Positions 1-7,222 of a stretch of DNA of 34,093 nt are shown piece by piece. This stretch comes from a virus. Taxonomy: Duplodnaviria > Caudoviricetes. The stretch spans positions 1 through 34,093 of the IMG/VR virus record IMGVR_UViG_3300037424_001480. One strand, given 5' to 3'. The notes under the pieces are model-generated. The model did no database searches. It was not told the DNA's origin and saw nothing but the letters and a program-made list of their open reading frames with translations. Numbering within the stretch: position 1 is the first letter of the stretch; each line of letters starts with the position of its first letter. The position numbers and the translations under genes were made by a program.

Positions 1-198
1 TTGGAAACTGTCCGAGGGCAGATGTCCGAGGGGAGGAATGCACCTCCGGCCACGCCTGAAGAAAGGCGGGAGGTGGTTTTGCGGCTTGTCCGGGAGGGGC
101 AGCCGGTGGATGTGATGGCCGGACAGTTGGGGGTGAGTGCGAAGACGATCCGGCGGGATTTGAAGGCGTTGAATGGGAAAGGCCATGTTTGGAATTGA
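1..198 (+). CDS. C-terminal part of an HTH DNA-binding protein (probably 5'-truncated by the window edge)
   Basis: VDVMAGQLGVSAKTIRRDLKAL is a DeoR/HTH_11-like helix-turn-helix; ORF starts at base 1. Confidence 0.65.
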   Translation: METVRGQMSEGRNAPPATPEERREVVLRLVREGQPVDVMAGQLGVSAKTIRRDLKALNGKGHVWN

Positions 199-243
199 TT
201 GAAATGATTTATGTGACCATTATGTGAACCACTCCCCCCTTTC

Positions 244-271
244 TTGACTTCCGGGCAACCCCCCATAACAT
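244..271 (+). promoter_or_regulatory. Putative sigma70-type promoter
   Basis: TTGACT(244-249)-16 nt-TAACAT(266-271), upstream of an AAGGA RBS and the ATG at 302. Confidence 0.5.
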
Positions 272-301
272 GAAGTCATTCAAAAATAAAGGAATGACCT
301 G

Positions 302-508
302 ATGAATACCGAAATAATGACCATCTATAAAGAGCGCAAGGCCCAAATTTTAGAGCACCTGGAGATCATCAAAAAGCACATTAAAGCCAATGGCAACACG
401 CCTCTAAATGAAATCCATTGGGGACATGTAGGCGACCTGGGGCGCATCGCAGAGCAATTGCGCGAGCTGACCGACATGATCAATAGAACTGGCGAATATC
501 GTCCATGA
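302..508 (+). CDS. Hypothetical phage protein
   Basis: 68 aa, RBS AAAGGA, IHWGHVGDL motif typical of small phage proteins, ATGA overlap with next gene. Confidence 0.7.
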   Translation: MNTEIMTIYKERKAQILEHLEIIKKHIKANGNTPLNEIHWGHVGDLGRIAEQLRELTDMINRTGEYRP

Positions 509-810
509 AAACAGCCACGCTCAAATTCACCGAAGAAAACTTCCGCGAAAAACTGACCATTGACGGCCATGTTCTGCGCCGGGCGATTGACCAACACGTC
601 GAAGAGCTTGTTGAAAAGATGAACAGTTTGCGGGATGAACTGGATCGGGAAATCACTCGCTTCCAGGAAGAGGGAATTGAACATAGCTTCAACTCGCTCG
701 GCATCGTGCAAGGTCGCGGCACGGAAATTGACCGGCTCTGCGGGGAGTTGGACGTTTTAAAAGAGGTATTGCGAAATAGTGGGGTCTGGAAAGAAAGCTG
801 GCGGAAATGA
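505..810 (+). CDS. Hypothetical coiled-coil protein
   Basis: 101 aa; ATGA overlaps on both sides. Confidence 0.65.
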   Translation: MKTATLKFTEENFREKLTIDGHVLRRAIDQHVEELVEKMNSLRDELDREITRFQEEGIEHSFNSLGIVQGRGTEIDRLCGELDVLKEVLRNSGVWKESWRK

Positions 811-1031
811 TGATGACCGCCCAAGACATAATCAATGAATTACAACAATTTCCACCTGACACGCCAGTGCATTTTGCTTTTCCATCTGGCGATCACTGGC
901 ATACGACGCTGGCCCGCGGGGTGAAGGCTATCGAGGAAGGTGAGATTACGTATTCGCAATATCACGAGGAATACCGGCTGCTCGATGAGGAGGAAGATAC
1001 GGGTGCAAAGACAGCGATCATTTTAAGATGA
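807..1031 (+). CDS. Hypothetical phage protein
   Basis: 74 aa; MTAQDIINELQQFPPDTPV is a common phage small-protein N-terminus; coupled to the upstream gene. Confidence 0.7.
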   Translation: MMMTAQDIINELQQFPPDTPVHFAFPSGDHWHTTLARGVKAIEEGEITYSQYHEEYRLLDEEEDTGAKTAIILR

Positions 1032-1035
1032 GGGC

Positions 1036-1063
1036 TTGACGGGTAGAGCATTTGTGCTAGAAT
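1036..1063 (+). promoter_or_regulatory. Putative sigma70-type promoter with extended -10
   Basis: TTGACG(1036-1041)-16 nt-TAGAAT(1058-1063), with TG at 1055-1056. Confidence 0.65.
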
Positions 1064-1069
1064 CGCCTT

Positions 1070-1172
1070 CGTTGGTGGGCAGGGTGCCCCCCTCACTCTG
1101 GTCATCAACGCAATTATTAGGGAATGACCCTAATTTAAAAAGACCCCCGATTTTTCAGGGGTCTTTGCGTTT
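1070..1172 (+). ncRNA. Candidate small RNA or leader with three hairpins
   Basis: Hairpin 1070-1110 (CGTTGGTGGGCAGGGTG/CACTCTGGTCATCAACG), hairpin ATTAGGG/CCCTAAT 1116-1134, then a terminator; lies directly after a promoter; no ORF recognised. Confidence 0.45.
1139..1172 (+). terminator. Rho-independent terminator, possibly bidirectional
   Basis: AAAGACCCC/GGGGTCTTT stem 1139-1166 with T-rich 3' and A-rich 5' flanks. Confidence 0.65.
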
Positions 1173-1220
1173 AAGGAATAGTACCGGAATTCTATTGGGA
1201 TTTTGACTGTGATCAAGAAT

Positions 1221-1234
1221 ATTTGTGCTAAAAT
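1221..1234 (+). promoter_or_regulatory. Putative extended -10 promoter for the lysis/late genes
   Basis: TG-c-TAAAAT (1226-1234); shares ATTTGTGCTA with the promoter at 1050-1059; TTGACT at 1203 is 20 nt upstream (suboptimal spacing). Confidence 0.45.
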
Positions 1235-1407
1235 GATGAAAATTGAATGGCACTGCGTCTGGCGGACTCTGTCCGTTTTGACTCAGTGCCTGTTATTTTA
1301 AGGCGTAGTGCCATTCATGTGTTCTATATGGCCAGGGCAGGGGTTGTGCACCCGGTTGCGACACGATCCATGTCCCTGGCCTGAAAAATCATTTTTGGAG
1401 GCGCATT

Positions 1408-1578
1408 GTGAAGGAACCGTTTTGGAAGTCTGGTAGATTTTGGGTGGCGGTGATTGGGGTGGTGGTGGTGGCTGCTGCCGATACGCTGAAGGTACCGGAA
1501 GAGACAGCCTGGCAGGTGGCCGGGTTGATTGCGACGTACATCCTGGGGCGGTCGCTGCGGAATACGGCGGCGAAGTAA
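1408..1578 (+). CDS. Putative holin (56 aa, missed by the ORF track)
   Basis: GGAGG RBS at 1397-1401, GTG start; MKEPFWKSGRFWVAVIGVVVVAAADTLKVPEETAWQVAGLIATYILGRSLRNTAAK has two hydrophobic helices and a basic tail; lies upstream of the endolysin. Confidence 0.7.
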   Translation: MKEPFWKSGRFWVAVIGVVVVAAADTLKVPEETAWQVAGLIATYILGRSLRNTAAK

Positions 1579-1610
1579 ATGTTATCAGGAATCAGGAGCT
1601 AGTTAGCCGG

Positions 1611-1757
1611 ATGCTGGATTTGAATTTTTTGCGTGAGTATTACCGGGGCCGTGGTTGCACCTGCCGGAATATGCGGCGGGTGATCGAGGGGGGGCGGCAT
1701 AGCCGGGCCTGCCCGCTTTTTGAGCGTCGGGTCAGTGGAGTGGTCAAATGCAGATGA
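1611..1757 (+). CDS. Small Cys/His-containing hypothetical protein
   Basis: AGGAG upstream; 48 aa with CTC..H..C; 3' part of track ORF 1440..1757. Confidence 0.35.
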   Translation: MLDLNFLREYYRGRGCTCRNMRRVIEGGRHSRACPLFERRVSGVVKCR

Positions 1758-1863
1758 ACGGCGATTGTGTACAATCGGGCGGTCGGGTACGACCGGGCGG
1801 ATTCACGCGGGTAAACGGCGGAATGTAAACACTTCGATAAATTCAGTGTAAACGTTTTGGTCT

Positions 1864-2313
1864 ATGAGCGATAGCACTCCTGAGGTATTCCGGCATAATC
1901 GCGCAGTTTCCAGGATTTTGATCCAGATTGCTCTGCGCCTGTTTTTCGAGGGGGTTGTCCATGATAAGGACAAACTTTTTACTGGCATCAAAGAAGTGTG
2001 GGATCGCTTTACTCCCCGCAAGAAGCTGGTTTATGGTTCGCGGGAATATTACGAGCATCTGGCCGGGATGGACCCGGCCCGGCAGGAACACTACCGGCTG
2101 GCCGATCACCATCCTGAACATTTCCCCAATGGGGTAAATGGAATGACGCTGGTGGGGTTGTGTGTGTATTTTGCCGATAACGTGGATACCTGCCGGCAAC
2201 ATGGAGATGGGAACATTGCGAATTCGTTCCGGATCAATGAGAGGCGGCACAAATATGGCAAAGTGTTGGAAGATATTTTTATCAATACGGCGCGGGAGTT
2301 GGAACTGTTGTGA
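1864..2313 (+). CDS. DUF5662-like HD-type phage protein
   Basis: H..V...HDKDK...HY..DHHPEHF..G..M.......AD pattern. Confidence 0.65.
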   Translation: MSDSTPEVFRHNRAVSRILIQIALRLFFEGVVHDKDKLFTGIKEVWDRFTPRKKLVYGSREYYEHLAGMDPARQEHYRLADHHPEHFPNGVNGMTLVGLCVYFADNVDTCRQHGDGNIANSFRINERRHKYGKVLEDIFINTARELELL

Positions 2314-2740
2314 ATTGGTTAGAAGTTGTTGGTTTGATAGTTGGATCGTCGGTGTTTACCGCGTTGGTCAATAATCTGTTTTCCCGCCGGAAAGCGAAAG
2401 CCGATGTGGCCAGCGTCCTCGTCGGCAGTGCGGTGGACGTGGTCGAGCTGAAAGATGAGGTGATCAGGCAATTGCGTGCGGAATTTGCCGTTGATCGCCA
2501 GGAACTGAGAGATGAAAAAAAAATTTACAAATACAGGTTGATGCCTTACAGAGTGAGCGCGTCCAACTCAAACAGCAAATCGGGATCCTCACGCTTGATA
2601 AGGAGCGGCTGGAAGGTGAGGTTATCGTCTTGAAAACTAAAACTGCTCACGCGGAAACCCGCCTATCCAATATCGAGGACAAGGCGACGGAGAGTGCCGC
2701 GGAAATTATGAAAATGAAAACGGGAGAAATCAAATTATGA
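2310..2740 (+). CDS. N-terminal TM plus coiled-coil lysis-module protein; needs a -1 shift at the A9 run (2515-2523)
   Basis: TM segment VVGLIVGSSVFTALV; the -1 frame continues as heptad-like NLQIQVDALQSERVQLKQQIGIL...GEIKL and its TGA overlaps the endolysin ATG. Confidence 0.65.
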
Positions 2741-3759
2741 CCCGGATGGCATTTACGGATACTTCGTTTTGGCAAAAGGAGATTGATTACTTGATGATGC
2801 ACGCGGCAGGGGCGGAGGCTACCATCCTGCGTGGTGGTTCGGCGGATAAGTTTACGCTGGTGCCGTACACGGATTTTCGCTTTGAGGAAAATGCACCGAA
2901 GGCGATCTGGGAGATGGCGGCTTCGGTATATTGGTATCTACGCCTGGCAGGGAAAATCGTGGAGCAGATGGAATATTTCGCGGAGTTGTGGGGAGCGTAT
3001 CCATTTCATTTTGAGCCGGTGTTGGATGTAGAGGATGTGTGGTATTCGAATGGGAACGTGATTCCGAAGGCGACGTGTCTGGCGAATTTGAAGCTGGCGG
3101 TGGATACGCTGAAGAATTTGACAGGATATTATGCGATTTTGTATTCCCGAACAAGTTTATTTAAACCATATATTGGCACGGCTGCCTGGATGTCGAACCA
3201 TAAATTATGGATCAGCCGGTATCCGTTTACAAGTTATCATCCGGATGTATTGACGTTGTGCCAGACGATGCAGCCGGGGGTGCTGCCGCAGCCGTGGGAG
3301 GAGATCGAGGGCGAGGATACCGATGATATCTGGTGGGGGTGGCAATGCAGCGCCGATGAGAATCAATTGGGGGCGACGTATGGGGTGCAGAGTGCGGCGA
3401 TTGATTTGAATCTGACGAAGGTGGAGAAGTCTGTTTTTTATGCGGGGTTGCTAAGGCCATTTGTGCCGGGCATCCCCCCCGGAGGTGATCCTGTGATTCC
3501 TGCACCTGTTGTGTTTGCGAGGGTGATTGATAAGGGGACATATGAGTGGATCAATTTACGTGATTTCCATGCGATTACGGGGACGGATGTAGGAGATGTG
3601 CCAGTCAATACTGTTTTTCCGGTGTTTGCGGAATGGAAGAAGACGGTGGGATATAACGGGAAGCCAGAGCATTGGGTGATCACACGGCATCCGTTAACGG
3701 ATGAGGCGGGGTGGGTGGCGATGGAGTGGAATGGGAGTATGTTGTGTGAGTGGGTATAA
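2737..3759 (+). CDS. Endolysin, GH25 muramidase family, with a C-terminal SH3-like wall-binding domain
   Basis: DTSFWQ, LDVE (DxE), LWISRY, WQCS and IDLN motifs; Pro-rich linker; INLRD...VG..P C-terminal domain. Confidence 0.85.
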   Translation: MTRMAFTDTSFWQKEIDYLMMHAAGAEATILRGGSADKFTLVPYTDFRFEENAPKAIWEMAASVYWYLRLAGKIVEQMEYFAELWGAYPFHFEPVLDVEDVWYSNGNVIPKATCLANLKLAVDTLKNLTGYYAILYSRTSLFKPYIGTAAWMSNHKLWISRYPFTSYHPDVLTLCQTMQPGVLPQPWEEIEGEDTDDIWWGWQCSADENQLGATYGVQSAAIDLNLTKVEKSVFYAGLLRPFVPGIPPGGDPVIPAPVVFARVIDKGTYEWINLRDFHAITGTDVGDVPVNTVFPVFAEWKKTVGYNGKPEHWVITRHPLTDEAGWVAMEWNGSMLCEWV

Positions 3760-3780
3760 AGGGTGTAAAGTGAGAAGAAG

Positions 3781-3867
3781 ATGCCCGATTTGAAATTTGA
3801 TCCAAGAAATGCCCGGCGGCATCCCGACGACAATAAAGCGTTGATTGGTCATGGCTGTTTCGTTTGA
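3781..3867 (+). pseudogene. Possible truncated ParB/Srx-like N-terminal remnant
   Basis: MPDLKFDPRNARRHPDDNKALI resembles the L..DP.NAR.H...N...I start of phage ParB-like proteins; stops after 28 aa inside the TerS start. Confidence 0.45.
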
Positions 3868-4531
3868 TGCCGAAAGGCCATTAAAATTGGTTAAGGGTGA
3901 ATCGCTTGAGGCGAATACTGCGCTGAGGGATTACGCATTGATGGGGGAAGGGCGCAGTCTGGCAAAATTACATGCACGTTATCAAGAGAGAACAGCGACG
4001 CTGCACGAGCAGCAGCGGGGGCAAAGTGGGGGTAAGGCGGGGGTGAAATTCGGTGCTCCAGTATCAGTGGAATTGCCTGATCTTCCGCCAACGAAACGAT
4101 TGAAGACGCTAGAGGGGTGGTCAGTAAAGTTTGGGTGGCAGGTCCGGATTGAAGCGTGGAAAGGGCTGCTCGATGCCGAGGAGGATGCCAAGTGGAAAAA
4201 GCGCCGGTGGCAAATCCGAGAGGACGAATGGGAGCATGGGTCAGAAATGCTTGATTTGGCAAAGAGCATCCTGGCAGAGGGGCCGAAGTTTATTCGGACG
4301 ACACGCCGGTATGATCAGCAGAATGAGCGGGAGATCATTACGCTGGCATTGGATAGCCAGGCGTTGGTTAAGGTATCAGAAATAAGTGCGAAGCTGCGTA
4401 GGCAGGCCGCTGGCATGGAAACGGAGCATGTGAAACTGGAAGGAACGGTTGTGCAGGTGTCTGCGGATGAGATGGTAAAGGCGCGTGAGAGGGCGCGTGA
4501 GTTTGAAGAGAAACTCGAAAAAGATGAATGA
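3851..4531 (+). CDS. terS: Terminase small subunit (putative)
   Basis: Directly upstream of and overlapping TerL; Y..MG.GRSLAK...WS.KF.W..R..AW HTH-type pattern; terminal EHVKLEG segment. Confidence 0.7.
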   Translation: MAVSFDAERPLKLVKGESLEANTALRDYALMGEGRSLAKLHARYQERTATLHEQQRGQSGGKAGVKFGAPVSVELPDLPPTKRLKTLEGWSVKFGWQVRIEAWKGLLDAEEDAKWKKRRWQIREDEWEHGSEMLDLAKSILAEGPKFIRTTRRYDQQNEREIITLALDSQALVKVSEISAKLRRQAAGMETEHVKLEGTVVQVSADEMVKARERAREFEEKLEKDE

Positions 4532-5976
4532 CGGACGAGGAGAAGCTGGAATGGCTGACTTGTGCGGAATCGCCGTCCTATTTCATCCATCATTATTGTT
4601 ATGTGTATGATGCGACGGCGCGGGAGTGGTTGCCCTTCCGGCTGTGGCCGGCACAGGGCCGGACGCTACGCACGATCTTTGATAATTTATTGACCATCAT
4701 CCTGAAAGCCCGCCAGTTGGGGATGACCTGGCTGGTCTTGGGGTATGCGCTGTGGTTGATGCTCTTCCGGCCTGTGGCGACGGTCCTGCTCTTCTCGAAG
4801 CGGGATGACGAGGCCGTGCAATTGCTGGATTTCCGCATGAAGGGGATGTACCACCGGCTGCCGGAGTGGTTGCAGTGCCGCAGCGTACAAACGGATAACG
4901 ACCACGAGTGGACGCTTTCTAATGGCTCGATGGCGTTTGCGTTTCCTACGACAGCCGGTGACAGCTACACGGCCACGCTGGCGATCATTGACGAGGCTGA
5001 TCTGGCCCCCAATCTGGGCAAGCTGATGGGATCGGTGAAGCCGACGATTGACGCCGGAGGCCAGATGATCCTGCTGAGCCGGGTGGATAAGGGGAAGCCG
5101 GAGAGCGAGTTTAAGAATATCTACCGGGCGGCGAAGCAGAAGCTCAACGATTGGGCATCCGTCTTCTTGCCGTGGTTTGCCCGGCCAGAGCGGGATCAGG
5201 CGTGGTACGAGGCGCAACGGCGCGACATCCTTTCCCGGACGGGCGCGCTCGATGACCTCCATGAACAATATCCGGCGACGGATACCGAGGCGCTGGCTCC
5301 CCGGTCGCTGGATAAGCGGATTCCGGGGATATGGCTGGAGCAATGTTATATAGAGGTGTCAGGGGATCAGGTGTCGAGTTCGAGTACGAACTACGGTGTC
5401 AGGGGGGAGGGGGTTCCGGCGATTCCTGGGTTGAAGTTGTACCGGCTGCCGGAGAAAGGCCGGTTCGTGATTGGGGCTGACCCGGCTGAAGGCAACCCGA
5501 CCTCAGACGACAGCGCGTTGACGGTGCTAGATCGGGAGACTGGGGAAGAGGTAGCGGCGCTGTCCGGCAAATACCAGCCTTCGACGTTTGCCGGGCATAT
5601 TGATGCACTTGGAACATTTTTCAACCAGGCCAATGTGATGGTTGAGCGGAATAACCATGGCCATGCGGTTTTGTTGTGGTTGCGAGACAACTCAAAAATG
5701 AAACGGCTTAAAGGCCACGATGGCCGGGAAGGCTGGCACTCGACCAGTCTGGGGAAGACGCTGCTGTATGATACGGCGGCAGATGCGTTCAGAGATGGAG
5801 AGACGGTGTTACATTCATTTTCTACTTACACACAGTTAGCAAGCATCGAGGGGGCGACGCTCCGCGCGCCGGAAGGCCAGTTCGACGACCGGGCGGATGG
5901 GTATGCTTTGGCGCTGTGTGGCCGGCTGGTGGCTCCGGCGAAATTGCAGACGAAGAAGAATCCGTTCTATGGATAA
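4528..5976 (+). CDS. terL: Terminase large subunit
   Basis: LWPAQ Q-motif, LKARQLGMTW Walker A, IIDEAD Walker B, IGADPAEG and VERNNHG nuclease motifs, DDRADGYALA. Confidence 0.95.
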   Translation: MTDEEKLEWLTCAESPSYFIHHYCYVYDATAREWLPFRLWPAQGRTLRTIFDNLLTIILKARQLGMTWLVLGYALWLMLFRPVATVLLFSKRDDEAVQLLDFRMKGMYHRLPEWLQCRSVQTDNDHEWTLSNGSMAFAFPTTAGDSYTATLAIIDEADLAPNLGKLMGSVKPTIDAGGQMILLSRVDKGKPESEFKNIYRAAKQKLNDWASVFLPWFARPERDQAWYEAQRRDILSRTGALDDLHEQYPATDTEALAPRSLDKRIPGIWLEQCYIEVSGDQVSSSSTNYGVRGEGVPAIPGLKLYRLPEKGRFVIGADPAEGNPTSDDSALTVLDRETGEEVAALSGKYQPSTFAGHIDALGTFFNQANVMVERNNHGHAVLLWLRDNSKMKRLKGHDGREGWHSTSLGKTLLYDTAADAFRDGETVLHSFSTYTQLASIEGATLRAPEGQFDDRADGYALALCGRLVAPAKLQTKKNPFYG

Positions 5977-6005
5977 ACGTAGAGCGTAGAATGTAGAACG
6001 AATGA

Positions 6006-6227
6006 ATGACGATGAATGATATTTTGCCCGGAACAGTCATATATTGGCCTTTGGGATTTCCCGAAACGGAGGGGTCGGCGTTGTATATGAGGATGAAGTC
6101 TCCGGAAACCCAACTGGCACTAGCGCGATCGGCGCAATTACCGGCAATGTTGAAATGCGCTTATTGTGGAACAAAAAATAAAGTGGATTTTAGCCGGTGC
6201 GAGAGTTGCGGAGCACCGTTGGAGTAA
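6006..6227 (+). CDS. Zinc-ribbon protein
   Basis: CAYCG...CESCGAPL. Confidence 0.6.
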   Translation: MTMNDILPGTVIYWPLGFPETEGSALYMRMKSPETQLALARSAQLPAMLKCAYCGTKNKVDFSRCESCGAPLE

Positions 6228-6229
6228 CG

Positions 6230-6670
6230 ATGGCAAACCCAAGAATTTGTCCTTATTGCAATAACATGAACCATCCCGATAACCCGGCGTGTCTGGCATG
6301 TGGAGGGCCATTGGGTTCGACCGACTTGGTCAACGAGGAGCGGACGCGGGGGATGCCGTTTGCTTATAACGGGTATATCGTGTGGCCGTTGGTGGATTGG
6401 GCAAGAGCGGTTGACGAATTTCATTTTTATTTGGGGTTAGAGCTTCAGGGCATTGTTGAGTTTCCTCATCATTTGCAAAGGGAACTGGTCCCGATGGGGA
6501 CTGAGTATATGCCGTTGGTGTGGGATTTGTTTCTATTGGGGCGAGGGGAGCAGGAGACGGTGGTCTGGCAGGTGGAGCCGTTTGAATTTAAGATCATATG
6601 CCGTGATCGGCGATGGAATGATGATTGGGATTTTTTCCCAAGGAGCACAATTATCTATGAACGAGCTTGA
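6230..6670 (+). CDS. Zinc-ribbon domain protein
   Basis: GGAG RBS, ATG 6230; CPYC...CLACGGPL at the N-terminus. Confidence 0.65.
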   Translation: MANPRICPYCNNMNHPDNPACLACGGPLGSTDLVNEERTRGMPFAYNGYIVWPLVDWARAVDEFHFYLGLELQGIVEFPHHLQRELVPMGTEYMPLVWDLFLLGRGEQETVVWQVEPFEFKIICRDRRWNDDWDFFPRSTIIYERA

Positions 6671-6875
6671 ATATTGGACCGGTGTTTTAAATGAGCGGGC
6701 GGCAGAACTTGGCCTGGAAAAGACCGTGCGGCCGGTGCAGCCCGGCGAGGGCGAGGGGTATGCCATCCATTGGGTATACGAGTCCGGCGACACCCTGGTT
6801 GAACTCGGCTGGAGTGTCGAGGAGGCTGAACGCGCGCTGCATATGGTGGCGATGCAAATGCAGCAGATGGGGTAG
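6657..6875 (+). CDS. Hypothetical protein
   Basis: AGGAG RBS, ATG 6657 (MNELEYW..., 72 aa). Confidence 0.6.
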   Translation: MNELEYWTGVLNERAAELGLEKTVRPVQPGEGEGYAIHWVYESGDTLVELGWSVEEAERALHMVAMQMQQMG

Positions 6876-6916
6876 AGAATTCTACACCACGAAGATACAC
6901 AAAGGATGTCTTTATT

Positions 6917-7222
6917 ATGAAATGTAACTATTGCAATCAGAATAATGCGGCTGACGAGTCCTATTGTCTCAATTGCGGTGCACCACTGCCGGCTGCGTAT
7001 GCTGCCTGCTTATGCGAACACGGCCAATTCAAGGGCGAATGTCAGTTATGCCTATCCCAACAAAATAGAGCGCGGGTGGCGAAGGCCCTCCGGGAAGTAA
7101 CACCGTCTATGGTTGAACGACGCGGCAGTTCGCTCTGGCGATTGAGGGTGCCAGAGAATCCTTTACCGGATTGGCTGCTGCGCTTCAGGAGCACAAAATC
7201 GGGAGGCAGTGATGGCCGATGA
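6917..7222 (+). CDS. Zinc-ribbon protein
   Basis: CNYC...CLNCGAPL plus C.CEH...CQLC. Confidence 0.6.
   Translation: MKCNYCNQNNAADESYCLNCGAPLPAAYAACLCEHGQFKGECQLCLSQQNRARVAKALREVTPSMVERRGSSLWRLRVPENPLPDWLLRFRSTKSGGSDGR

Noticed and set aside
1440-1757. 105-aa track ORF starting MGGGDWGGGGG
   Set aside because: The 5' half is an off-frame reading of the holin (1408-1578), which has the RBS; only the part from 1611 is plausible
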